Under the pieces are notes generated by a model. The model made no database searches, was not told the DNA's origin, and saw only the letters and a list, made by a program, of their open reading frames with translations. From positions 59,149-123,148 of the forward strand of contig QPMI01000242.1 in NCBI GenBank assembly GCA_004431415.1: a stretch of 64,000 nucleotides of DNA, written 5' to 3'. This document shows positions 47,201 through 58,769 of the stretch, one piece after another. Source of the DNA: Cyanophora paradoxa CCMP329. Lineage: Eukaryota; Plantae; Glaucophyta. The position numbers and the translations under genes were made by a program. The number at the start of each line of letters is the position of its first letter. The stretch's first letter is position 1.

Positions 47201-50200
47201 AACTTCACCATAGCGTACGAGAAGTTAGATGGCCCTGCCGCCGTGTTCCCCAGCGTCTTAATGTACTCTCCGAGCTCCTGTTCGCTCGGTTCGGCCATGT
47301 CCCGCTCGTATTTGGCGGGGTCAACGTAGTCTTTCGGCTCATATTCGAGCTTCCAGAAATCGAGCAGTGCCCTCCCCGCGCTATCCTTCAGCTTGCTTTC
47401 AGGCAGTGTATCCACCGTGCCCCCCACTCGGGGTTGCCGGCGCTTGCACCAGGCTCGCCAGTGCTCTTTCAGCAGCCGCTTCACTTCGGCAGGCTCGTTG
47501 TAGATCTCATACGTCTTTCCGTCTCCTGACACCCGAGTGATATGCATGATCGGCCTGTTTCGGGGCTTCTCTAGGACCGAGGCGATGTAGGAGCCTAGTC
47601 GGCGCCCATCCATGAAGTTGTCTAGCCTGTTTTTGAGGGCCTTCTCTATTTCGCCTGCCTGCAACGCCCGGCGGATCCTCTGCAGATCGTGCCGCGTTCG
47701 GTTCTGCCATGTCTTGAGCTCTCTAAAGAAGGTCGCCCAATCTTCTTTCAGCTGCCGCCGGCGCGCAGCGGCCCAGTCATTAATCTTGTCAACTTCAACG
47801 TCCGAATTCGAGGTTGAATTCGAATTCGAAGTCGAATTCGGCGACGATGGGGGGGAGGACTGGGACGGGGGGGGCGAAGCTGGGGTACCGCCTGCAGCTG
47901 GTGGCGGAGATCGAGATCCGCTCGAGCTTTGGGAGTTACGTGTGTCGTCCTGGCCCTGGCTTTGGGGCCACGAGCCTTGTGCACGAGCCCGCCTTTCAGC
48001 CGGCCTCAGCGGGAAAGGCCGCAGACCTTCCTTGTCCGTCACGTAGCTCTGCAGCTTTTCTACTGCCAGGATCGTCTGCTCCGACGGAACCCCGCTGGGT
48101 TCCTTGTTCCAGGCTGCCAATATGCGGGCGACCTTGGAGTCCACCTTCGCCTGCCACGGCAGGTTGCGCGGCTTGGTCGGCTTCCCGCCCCGGCGCCTCA
48201 TGCATAGATGCTCCTTTGCCACCTCCTGAACAAGTGTGGCGCTCGCAGCGTGGATTCGGGCCAGGCGGTCGAGGCGCTCCTCCGGCGTTCCCTGGCCGAC
48301 CGACTCCAGGTCCGACCCCAGTGCTTCCCCGAGCTTTTTGTTAAGCTCTCGCTTCAGCTCATCCTTCTGCTTCAGTGTCCGCTTCAGGCCGTCTGGGTCG
48401 AAGACCGGCGGACCTGGCTTCGGGGTGAGCATCGGTCCCACCGGCGCGATCAGCCCGGCGCGCTCCAGGTCGAAGTCCGCGAGCACCGGGAAGTGATCCG
48501 AGTCGTGTGGCGCATCGACCCAAGCCGGGCAGGCGTGCACGCTGAGGAGCGCCTCATCGAGCGCCTTCGACACCACCACCGCATCGATGCGCGCCGCGTG
48601 CCAGAGTGCGTCCTTCGGCAGATTCGCGGGGGCTTCCTCTTCTGCGTGTTCCGTTCCTTCTGACTCGACGGCGCCGGCAGGCTGCGGCGGGTCTGCCTCG
48701 GCCGCCGGGCCCTGCTTCGCACCGTGCGGTGTGCGGTGCGTAACCTCGCGCGCCGAGCGCCAGGTCCCATTATCATGATCGTGGGAGTGCTGAAGCGCTG
48801 TATCGCGCAGGTCCCATGAATCTGTGAACGTGTTCCACCATTTCCTCTCCGCCGTCCTGCTCGGGACCATGGTCCCGTTGCGGATCCGCGACAGTTCGGG
48901 GATCGCTACGGAGTTCCAGTCTCCCAGCAGTATCAGGTGCGCGTGCTGCCGAGCGCTGAAGTCGCCGTGCATCTTTGTCAGCTCCTCGACGATCTTCTCC
49001 TGATCCTGGCGGTGCGCAGCCTTGCTCACGGTCGCGGGCATGTACACGCTTGCCACGAATAGCTGGATGTTCCCTTGGAACCGGAGCTCGAAGCCGATCA
49101 GCCGGCCCGGCACTTCGTACTTCTTCGTCAGGTGCTTGACCCACTGCGGCGCCACCCAGAGCGCCGCGCCGCTTCCCCGCGTTCCATCGCCTGACTTCAG
49201 CGTGTACAGCAGCTTCCCGTGCGTGATTGCGCCTTCCGGCTGGAGCGGGTCCTCCCCATCCGATCGAAGTGCGGCTGCCATCTGGGGCCTAGTCATTGAC
49301 AGCTCTTGCGCTCCCGCAATATCCACGTCCCAGCGCCGGCAGAATTCTTCCATTTGCTGCAGTTTGGCAGCGTTCGACCCTCTCGTGTTGAAGGTCATCG
49401 CTCTAATGACTCCTTTCACTTTGTCTTTTGCAATGGACGGAGACGCCCCGATAGAATCCCCGCCTTCAGGAAACTCGATATCGGGAAAGATGTCTTTAAG
49501 CCTGTACTCGGATGCAGGCCTTGCAACTGCAGGCTTTGGAGCCTGCGCTTTCTTGCCCTTCTCTATCTTACTTTGGTTCTTCTTTCCTTTCACTGTGGTC
49601 TAGCGACGGGGGCGCTAGTTGGGTCGCAGACACACGCTTGCACATACCGGACTCGCCGGCCTGTGCTCAGCTTCGGCACTACTCTGGAGACTTGGCATAG
49701 CTCGGGCTCTGCAGCTGCGCATGCATTCCCATAGACATTCAAATTGGCGAGAGCGCGCGGCGAGTCCGAGAGCAGGGTGACCGCAAGCAAGTTCCCGCAT
49801 GAAGAAAGCTTGTTGCCTGCAGCTGGCCAGAAGAGGGGCGCCAGAAGGACGGGCGACTGCGGGAGGAGATCAAATCTGCAGAATTCGATCCCGTCGCGCG
49901 AGGGCCGGGAATCAGCTCGGAAACCGTCGCATGCATCTTGGAATGATGCTCGGGGTCCGCACGCATCCAGGATGCGTTCATTCTCGACCGGGATCGCCGA
50001 ATTCCCGAGAGGCACCGCCGGCCGAAGCCGCAGACACAACCGGCCGCAGCCGCAAAGAACAGCAGGACACATGTGCATGCCCTTGAAGGGCAGCCGGCCG
50101 CAGCCGCAGTCAACCTGCGGTGCTCCGGAGCGACGTGCGGCGTTCACGCGCTTTGCCGGAGGGTTAGCCAACGTGTACATGTGCGTATGCGTACTTCCGC

Positions 50201-50398
50201 GCGCTTCTGCGTGCGCAGGGAGGCGGAGCGGGAAGCGTTCAAACCTTTGTCATCTCTTTGGGACCTGGATGGCCGAACAGCTAGCCCTAGTGCTCCTAAG
50301 ACTATTCCCACGAGTTTCCCGCGGCGGCGGTCGTCTGAAGGCTCAGGAAAGGCTTCCGACGGATCGACCTGAAATTCCCGGGGGTACCGGAATCTCCG
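41243..50398 (-). mobile_element. Non-LTR retrotransposon (LINE, APE-RT-RNase H), ~9.15 kb
   Basis: A11 tail (T11 at 41243-41253); 17-bp TSD tttgcccccc(c/g)tttcgg at 41226-41242 and 50399-50415 with one mismatch; pol ORF inside. Confidence 0.92.
42498..49593 (-). CDS. LINE polyprotein: AP endonuclease, reverse transcriptase, RNase H, C-terminal CCHC-type zinc finger; several frameshifts in the 3' half
   Basis: APE: TFNTRG, GAQE, LLGDWN, RIDAVVVS, SDHFPV. RT: LRPITL, NYGFRPG, DIRRAYDSV, GLPQGGVESP, YADD. RNase H: IWTDGS, INKAELQA, HTDSQ, KVKAHG..NNRADAAAK. Zinc finger: CVLC...ETLEHMLTC. Frames shift near 45380, 45280, 44790 and 43380. Confidence 0.92.
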
Positions 50399-50687
50399 TT
50401 TGCCCCCCGTTTCGGCCATCCATAATTTATAGAAAATTTTTAGAGGGCACCCCCCTGGCGCCTCTAAACGTTATAAGATAGATGTACAGTGTATTGAAAG
50501 TAGATAAGGCTGCTTTGCGGGTGCTGAATGCGAGGTGCGTCGGCGCCTCTTCCCCCCTCTAAGAGCCCCTACCCCCCCTCTGTCACCCAGCCATCCTTGC
50601 TCCAGAGCGTCATTAGCGGCTCAGGACATATCTCTGAGAGTCAATAAAGCACTCTAACATGCATATAATGCTTCTGAGCAACGAAAC

Positions 50688-53164
50688 TGTGCTGCCCACT
50701 TTCCGACTCCCAGCTAGCCCTGGTCGTCGGCTCTAAGCCGGCAGCTTGCCTTGCCTTGTACCCTTTGTAGCCTGCTATTCCTGGTGCCACGTTGTTGCCA
50801 ACTGGCCCGCTTATTTTAGCCCTGGGCCGGGCCCTCGCTTGCCCTGCGCGGCGCTCGCTTGCTGTCTGTCCTTGTTCTCTCTGTCTTACGCTGGCTCTGC
50901 GCCTGCTGTGTACGTAATGGCACCCGCTTGCCGTCGCCCTACGGTGCTGTACGGGCCTGTCCCTCTCTGCTTGGGGCGCCTCTGGGCCTAGCCAACTGCT
51001 TAGCGCATCCCGCTCAGCGCATGGGGGCTGCTGCGTTGGGCTTCGACTTTTTAGCTCGTATGCCTGGGGACGAACGCTGCGCTCTTGCCCGAACCCCTGG
51101 ACAAGCACGCCATCGTTTGCCTCGGCTTGCGCGTACGGCCTCCACTCTCTTGTAGTGGGAAGCGCCTATGCTGCAGAGCACAGCTTTACGAACCGCATGG
51201 TTCATGTTTTACTACCCGCCACTGCGCGCGCCTTTTCTTGCTTACGGACCTGGCGCACCACTCTTTCTGTAGTGGGAAGCGTCCGCCAGCCCGTCTATTG
51301 AGCCGCATGCGCTCACAGTCATCTAAACGTGCCGTGGCTGCGCTCAAGAACAGACGCTGATGCAGCCCGCGCTGTCGCACCGAGAAGGCAGACAAGATGC
51401 CAAGACCTTGCCCTGGCTCCGACGACGTAGCTGCCCTTCTCCGGGACGTCCAGCTCGTCAAGCCAGATGTCAGTCGCTTCACGCACATCTCCAGCGTGTG
51501 CGGACTGTCGTTCTTTCCTGTCGTGGGCGTTTGATCAGCGACCGAGGCCTGTTCAGCGGGCGGAGGTCTGACCGAGGCCTGTCCAGCGGGCGAAGGTCAA
51601 CAGAAGCGTAAAGGATGCGCTCTGGAACGTCCTACGACGACGTGAGCAGCCATAGCTAAAGTTGGACGGCGGACAGCGGACCTGTCTGTTGAGGAGCGTC
51701 AGCAAGCAGCACTGGGTGATGCCCCGCGACCAGTCTTCACGTTCGCGCGTCGACTGCGTCGGCCCGTCGGGTGATTCCCGTGCATCGGTTGAACCTGGCA
51801 GCTGGGTGATTCCAGCTGGACGCCAGCGCTGTTTCGGTCTGCTTAGCTGTGGGTGATTCCACGCTGACCAAGCCAGCACGCACCGGCGCTCTAGTCCGGG
51901 TGATTCCGACCAAGCCTCCGCTTGCGACTCTCCGCTGCTGAGAGGTCCATACGTCTTGCCTACGACTATCACGCGAGCACCGATGATCATTCCGGGCCGC
52001 GCTGATGCTGTCTCCTGTCCCGCGATGGTGGCCTGCCTAAGCCCTGGCTACGCGCTGCATCTGCGTACGCCGGCGGACTCGATGGCTGTATCCGTGGTTT
52101 GCCATCCCGTCCGATCGTGGAGGATCCCTGGCGATGGGTCTGTATGATGCGACCAGTGGCCTGCTGCTGCTGCGGAGCCTGACCCCGTACGACTGGCTCG
52201 CCGCCTCTACTCTTCATGGCTTGCCTGCTCTACGCGTACGCGGCTGCACACGCTACTGTGCTGTCCGATCGCCCCGCCTTGTGACTCCGCCGGCCGAGTC
52301 ACTTGGCAACGCAATGCGGCAAGCTGCGCCGAGCTTGGCCCGCAACGCGTACTCTGCCGCTGCGGCTCTGCTGATCGAGCCTGCGGTCCTACACTACTAC
52401 ACTCTACGTCAAGTACCTTCTACACTGTGGAACTTTCGACCCGGCGCCGCCGCGGCCCGGCGGCTCGTGTGGCGCGGCGCCGGCTTCGAATTCGAGCTTA
52501 GTGCTAGCGCTAGCACTCGTTTTCCCTTCCGGCGGGATTTAGAGGGTTTGCCCCCGGTTGGCTGGCGGCGCTCCGCGCGCTCTGCAGCTGGCGTCAGGTC
52601 GTGGGTCCCTCACCCAACTTTCCTTGTTGGGCCCAGTTCCTCATACTGGTGCCGACGGCCTGATGGATTTTTATTTGCCCCTCTGGCCCGCCCGCTGTGG
52701 CGCCGAGGACGGCTTTCTGTGCAGGGACGGTAGCCGGCTTTTGGCTTGTAGTCCGTTCAGCCTCGCCTACGTCGCTTTAGTTCAGCCTTTAGCTCGTAGC
52801 GCCGAGGACGGCTTTTTGTAGCGGGAAGCGTGTGCTGCCCACTTTCCGACTCCCAGCTAGCCCTGGTCGTCGGCTCTAAGCCGGCAGCTTGCCTTGCCTT
52901 GTACCCTTTGTAGCCTGCTATTCCTGGTGCCACGTTGTTGCCAACTGGCCCGCTTATTTTAGCCCTGGGCCGGGCCCTCGCTTGCCCTGCGCGGCGCTCG
53001 CTTGCTGTCTGTCCTTGTTCTCTCTGTCTTACGCTGGCTCTGCGCCTGCTGTGTACGTAATGGCACCCGCTTGCCGTCGCCCTACGGTGCTGTACGGGCC
53101 TGTCCCTCTCTGCTTGGGGCGCCTCTGGGCCTAGCCAACTGCTTAGCGCATCCCGCTCAGCGCA
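50688..53164 (+). mobile_element. Non-autonomous LTR retroelement (TRIM/LARD-like), 2477 bp
   Basis: 334-bp LTRs at 50688-51021 and 52831-53164 with TGTGCTG...CAGCGCA ends, identical by eye; TSD AAAC; PBS-like TGGGGGCT (51022-51029); purine-rich agcgggaagcg before the 3' LTR; no gag/pol. Confidence 0.9.
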
Positions 53165-53331
53165 AAACAAGGCTGAGCGACGAAACTTTTCCGCTTTGTA
53201 TGGCATAATTTTTCCCATAATTTTCCATAAATTATACATGTACATACAAGGCAAAAATTATCGCCATAATTTTTGGACCCTCGGGGGACCCCCAATAATT
53301 TTTACATCCCTGGGTACAGCACACACTACGT

Positions 53332-53570
53332 GTCGGCCTTGGGGAAAGGAGAGGCCCTTAGGTCTGTGCCTGTACATGTCTTGTCAGTGGATTCAAACTG
53401 CGATTCAGGGCAAAATTTTTGGACCTAGGTACCCGTTTTCGACCCTGGGGAGCACGATGGCCGAGGCGGTTTTCCTATGAGAGGTCTCTAATGGGCAGTA
53501 ACAGCACCTCGAAAAGCATCGAAAAGCATTTTCCCGGAAAAAAATAGAAAGCGCAAATCACATTGGTCAT
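53332..53570 (+). repeat. Dispersed repeat D, second copy
   Basis: Inverted homolog of 15200-15469. Confidence 0.8.
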
Positions 53571-56500
53571 CCAAGTCGAAATTTGAAAATTATTAATTTC
53601 AAGAGACCGCACCCCATTCGCTGGGAGACAGTTTACAAATTAACGGAGTGGCACATGGACGGCCAGCAAATTTGTATGAGACAGGATAGTAGTGTGCCAC
53701 GATGTGGGATTTGAATTTACTTGATGCTTTAGTTGAAAGATAATTTAGATAAACAATTTAGACAGAGCCTTATTACTGCGAATTACAATCACTGCTCGCG
53801 AAGCCCATACAAACTTTTGCATTTGCCCCCCCCGCCGAGTCGATTCGTCCTGTACCCGGGAACTCTCTCACCAGGCACCGGCGGCGAGCCGGCAAGCACA
53901 GCACGCCCGTCGCGCCAGCACATACAGCACTAGAGAGCTCGTAGCAGCACCGTGAGCGCCCGCTCGGTGGCGTTTGAGCGACTCGGCAGAGACCGCGCCT
54001 TCGTTGGACGACGAGGTGGTGCCGGAGCATCGTCAACCGTCTAAGAATGCCTTCTACCGCTCTCGGAACGCGGAGAAGAGCGCCCACGCAACCGGAGCTG
54101 CGAACGCCTGCTCCGCCTCTCACGCGGTTTGAGATTGCTCGGATGAACGAAAAGGTGGTGGTGCGAGTGAAACCAGTCGTGTGCGTCATGCGCTTCTCTA
54201 CCTTTCTTGACCAACCGTGCCCTGGGGAACCGAGCGTCGCCCGTGGGCTTTTGAGAAGTCTGGCCGACCCCCCGCACTTCGCAGCTAGCGCGGTCGACTC
54301 GCCCAGCTCCGACGCCCCGGGGGCGGCTCCCGGTCACGCTGGTGCGCATCGCTCGCCGCTCGCTTCGTCTCAGACGCATCCGCGCCGACTTTCCGACCGT
54401 CTAGAACCGCCGGTGAAGCCGCCTAATCGTCCAGGAAGGTCAGGATCGACCGCCGAGAACGAGGCGAGGGCCCCGCGCTTGCCCGCCACCGCGCCGGCCC
54501 GCCACCGCGCCGCTGAACGGTTGTCGCGCAGCAAAAGGAGCCGAAAAGGAGCTTTCGTTCTCGATAGAAGCGCCTGAGCGCCGGCAGCAGCAACGGGAGC
54601 CGCGAGCGCTCTTGGAGATCGGTGCGCCTGCAGCTGCCCGCGCGCGCCGCACGCTCCCGCCCAGTGCGCCCGCTGATGCCGCCGCCCGCGGCTCTCGCGC
54701 AGAGTGGTGCGGCTTCGCGCGGCGTAGGCGGCAGCAGCCGGCGGCTGGATTCGAAGGGGCAGCTAAGCTGCACCAACCCCTGAGCGGGGCTGCATCCCCC
54801 CCTCCTCTGCGGCCCTCCCGGGCTGCGGCCCCCTCCGCCCCGCGTTCTCTCTCTTGGAGCAGTGATATAACTACATGTGATAATGATTGTGGCTCAAAGA
54901 GCGGGCCGCTGGGGCCAGCCCGTCGCCCAGAAACTCACTAGCTCTCACTACCTCACTGACTGTGATCAAGCGATCTCCGCTAAGGATGCACCCCTCCGGG
55001 CCGCGATGCATACGCACATGCTCTATCAAGGTGTGCATCGATCTGCGCTAGCGGCGGCCCAGCGAACCCTTGCTGTGTGGAGCGAAATCAAATCGCGCAG
55101 GTGCCCCCACCCCAAGCCTTCTGGAGAAGCGGGCGATCTCCGCTGCGGATGCATGCGCCGGGGCCGCGCTCCAGCTGCGCATGCTCTTTTAAATTTTGCA
55201 TCGATCTGCGTTAGCGTCGGCCCGGCGGCCCTCGCAGTAAGCAGCGAAATCGAATCTGCCAGGTGCCACCCCCCCACTGGAGCAGGTGCCGCTGGCGGCG
55301 GGGGTGCGTGCCGCCGCCCGTACGCGGGCTCTGCGCGTGCTCTAGATGTCCCTCATGGCCCTAGACATCTCAGCCCGCACCGCCCCGCCGTCGCAGCCAT
55401 GCCATCTGGAACCGCATGACATGCTTGATTGCACACGAGCGCGCATCTGCCTGAGGCGCGGCAGGACACGCAGGCGGCGCGTTCCCGGGCCTAAGCGATG
55501 CGGGCGAGCGGTGAGCGGCCTCCGCGACGGCGAAAGATGCCTCGGCGGCGCAGGGCCTGCGAGCGGCGGGTCGGTCAGGGCGCGGAGTGTGCGAGGGGGG
55601 GCGCGCAGGGCTTCACCACGCACTCATTAGTGATGCCTGCACTATCTATGAGCGGCAGGATTGATACGAGGCGCGCGGCGGGCGGCCGGCCGGCCCCGCG
55701 GGCGGCCGAAGGTGCTCGTCGCCTGCCGACGGTCCGAAGCTCACACGGCTCGACCGGGGACGCGGCAAGGTGCGATCCCGACCTTATCTAACACGCTGAG
55801 AACGTTGGTTGCGCTGCGAGCGACCTGGCTGCGCGGAAGTCGCAAGACGGCGCACGCGAGATGGGTCGCGCGCCGGGAGCTAGCGCAAAGCCGTCATAGG
55901 TGCTGCCACCATGCTACCGGGGACTAGGAGCGTGTCGGCGAGCACCGCAGGGCGCTGCTGTCGGCGAGAGGCGCTGCTGCCGGATGCTGTTGCAATTTGG
56001 ACTTTTTTTCCAGTTGACCAGCCGGGCTTTGCAGGGGCTTCGCGAGCAGTGATTGAATGATTCATAGATTATTAAACTACCTCCGAGGCTGAGTCTCCGG
56101 TCCGAGCAGTGATGGCTGGGTAATTGATAACATATTTTAGCAACCATTATTTTAACCCAGGTATTTTGATTATTGATAGTGGTGCCGAATTCCAGGGGTT
56201 ATCGATAGCACCGCTAATAAATGGGGGTACGGTGCAAAGCTCCCGTTTTCCTCGCGCAACAACGCGCAGAAACGATTAAGAATGACAGCAGAACGTTTAA
56301 AAATGCTGTCAGACACCAGGAAACAGCCAGCAGGCTCTGATGCGACGGATGCCGGAAGACAACCCCTCGTCTTTCTGCCGCAGTGCCCATGTAGACTTCT
56401 ATGAGGTGGTCAGCAGTGTTTAATTGCTTTGGATAGTGGATAAGAGAGCGTTCTGAACAGTTTGGCGACGTTTCTGCTCTGTCCGAGCGGGGTTTCTATG

Positions 56501-57169
56501 GCGCGTGTGGGGATGGTTATCGATAACATACGGTGCCATAATTATAATATAAAATAATGGTGCTAAAGATTATCAATAGCAGTCTCGATTTGCCAAGAAT
56601 TAATAATACCATCACTGGGTCCGAGGCTAGAGTCCGAGCTCGATCGGACGCTGCGCATGCGCTGGCTTCGAATCTCGACCTTCGAGTACTAGAAAAGTTC
56701 CATATGCCTCGCACGCGACGACGTCGACGTTCAACGATATCGATTGGCGGCTTTAAGTCAAAAACCTCCGAGAAGCGCCGCCGCCGCCGCGAATCCGGGG
56801 GCCGGCGCCCGCGTATACGTACGCGTCGGCCCCGCGATCGATATCGAAGCGCCGCCGCCGCCGCATCGATCACACGTGCACAGGCTGTGATCACGCGCGC
56901 GCGGCGCCGGCGCGGCGGCGCCGATTCTCGGTACGGGCCCGGCCCGCATCATGTACCGTAGTACCCTTGGCACAAGTCTGTACCCTCTCACTTGAGTGCG
57001 TACCCTTGCGTGCCGAGTGGCCCCCGGCCCCGGTCGCACCTCGCTCGCGAGCTCGAGGATGACGTCGACAGCGCCCGAGGACGCATGCCGCAGTGCGCAG
57101 CGCCGGCGCCACGCACCGGCGCCGCCGAGCTGCATGCAGAATGCCTTCGCCCAACGCAGAATGCCGAGC

Positions 57170-57387
57170 TCGCACTCCTTGCGCACGCTTTTAAACGCGC
57201 TGAAACGTTAACGCAACGTTAACCGCCGCGCGCTGAAACGCTGGAAAATAGGCCTATAGCTATAGCTAGGGACGGGGCCCGGGGCCGGGCTTGATACCCC
57301 CCCTCACCTTGACAAGCTTCAAGGCTTGACGCTCCGGATCCTGTTCTCTGGGGCGGAGTGTAGCGGTGCGGAGTGCAGTCCGAGTGC
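57170..57387. repeat. Dispersed repeat C, inverted copy carrying many palindromic micro-insertions
   Basis: Aligns to the reverse complement of 6655-6880. Confidence 0.9.
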
Positions 57388-57754
57388 AGCGGAGTGCTCG
57401 CAGCGCGCGGCCGCCGCGAACTTCGGAAGGCCCAGCTGCAGGCCGGTCCGCCGCGCCCGATCGCGACCCACGCCCCGCGGCCGGGGCGCGGCGCGGCGAC
57501 GTGTGGGGCGGGGCGGGGCAGAGTGTTGAACTTGTTTGTATCGTGCTCGCTTGAGTTGAGCTCGAGCAGCTAGACGAGCGCAGGTGGCAGCACGCGTACC
57601 CGTCTAGCTCCAGCTGACAGCTCAAAGTGTCCCTGGCTGACCCTTAACGACTGCGATTGCTCATTATAGCGCCTCAGATACAGCGCTTATCAGCCGCTTA
57701 TCAGCGCGCTTTGAGCGCGGACAGAGCTACAGCTGAGCGCAGCCGGGGGGGAGG

Positions 57755-58769
57755 ATGGACGCGCCGCTGCTATCTTCGACGGATGCGAACCTCGGCGGCG
57801 TGTCTATGCGTGGCGGGCCGAACCTCGGCGGCATATCTATGCGCTCCAGAGCGGTTACACAAAGGCGCTCGATAGTACCGGAGGACGAAAACGACATCAA
57901 CGCCGCGGGCAAGTCGAGGAGGCTGGTGCAGCAGGAGCAGATCGAGCAGATGCAGCAGGAGAGCAAGGAGGAGGTGGACGTGGACGACGTCGTGCAGATG
58001 AAGAAGGCGTCGCTGTGGCAGCGGGTGCGGGCGCTCTTCCGCATCAACAAGCTCGTCTTCCGCCCGTACATGTCCGTCGAGTCGGGCGGCTCCACCTGGG
58101 AGGCCGGTGCGGCGCAGCGCCCCGGGGCGGCGCTGGGGCGGAGGGGCCGGGCTGACGCGGGGCGGGCCAGGGTTCCAGTACACCACGAAGACGTACCGGT
58201 CGCGGCCGGTGGCGCTGTGGCTGGGCCTGCTGCTCTGGGTGGGGGTCACCTACTTCGGCGTCCTCCTCCCCTTCGGCTCCCAGTCCGAGGTCGGCAAGTG
58301 GAACCACATCGAGCGCTGGTGGGCCGTTCTCGCCAAGCCCCGCTGGGTCCTCCCCACCAGCTGGTTCATCCCCTGCTACCTCGTCATGCACTTCGCCGCC
58401 GCCCTCGGCATGTGGCTCCTCTGGCAGGACGGCGGCGTCTTCCGCTCCCTCCTCCCCACCGTCCTCTACCTCGTCCAGGCCCGCCCCGCCCCCCCGCGCC
58501 ATCCCGCCGCCCGGGGGCGGCTGAGGGGGCGCCAGATCGCGTTCGGGGCGCTGTGGGCGGACGTCTTCTTCGGGGCGAAGAGCCTCGGGGGGGCGCTCGC
58601 GGTGGTCGTCTTCGCGTGGCTCACCGTCTCGTACATGCTCTACGAGTTCGGCCGCCGCAACCGCGCCGCCGCCCTCTGCCTCCTCGTCCACTGGACAATG
58701 CTCACCTACGGCATGGCCCTCTCCTCCGCCCTCAACACTCTCAACCCCGCCGGATCCGTCCGCTACTGA
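57755..58769 (+). CDS. tspO: TspO/MBR-family membrane protein with N-terminal extension
   Basis: WWAVLAKPRWVLPTSWF, YLVQ|IAFGALWADVFFG, AALCLLVHW...; five hydrophobic segments; two introns (second 58479-58535). Confidence 0.88.

Larger units (their letters stand above)
41159..53312. mobile_element. Non-autonomous hAT-like DNA transposon (~0.5 kb of its own sequence) carrying two nested retroelements
   Basis: Termini CAGGG...CCCTG; perfect 8-bp TSD GGTACAGC (41151-41158, 53313-53320); inverted subterminal AAATTATGG-type repeats at both ends. Confidence 0.88.

Noticed and set aside
53900-57160. Possible genes or a transposase in this interval (e.g. ORF 54047-54577)
   Set aside because: No recognisable motifs or consistent exon chain. 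No transposase, TnpB/Fanzor or Rep-helicase motifs were seen anywhere in the window.
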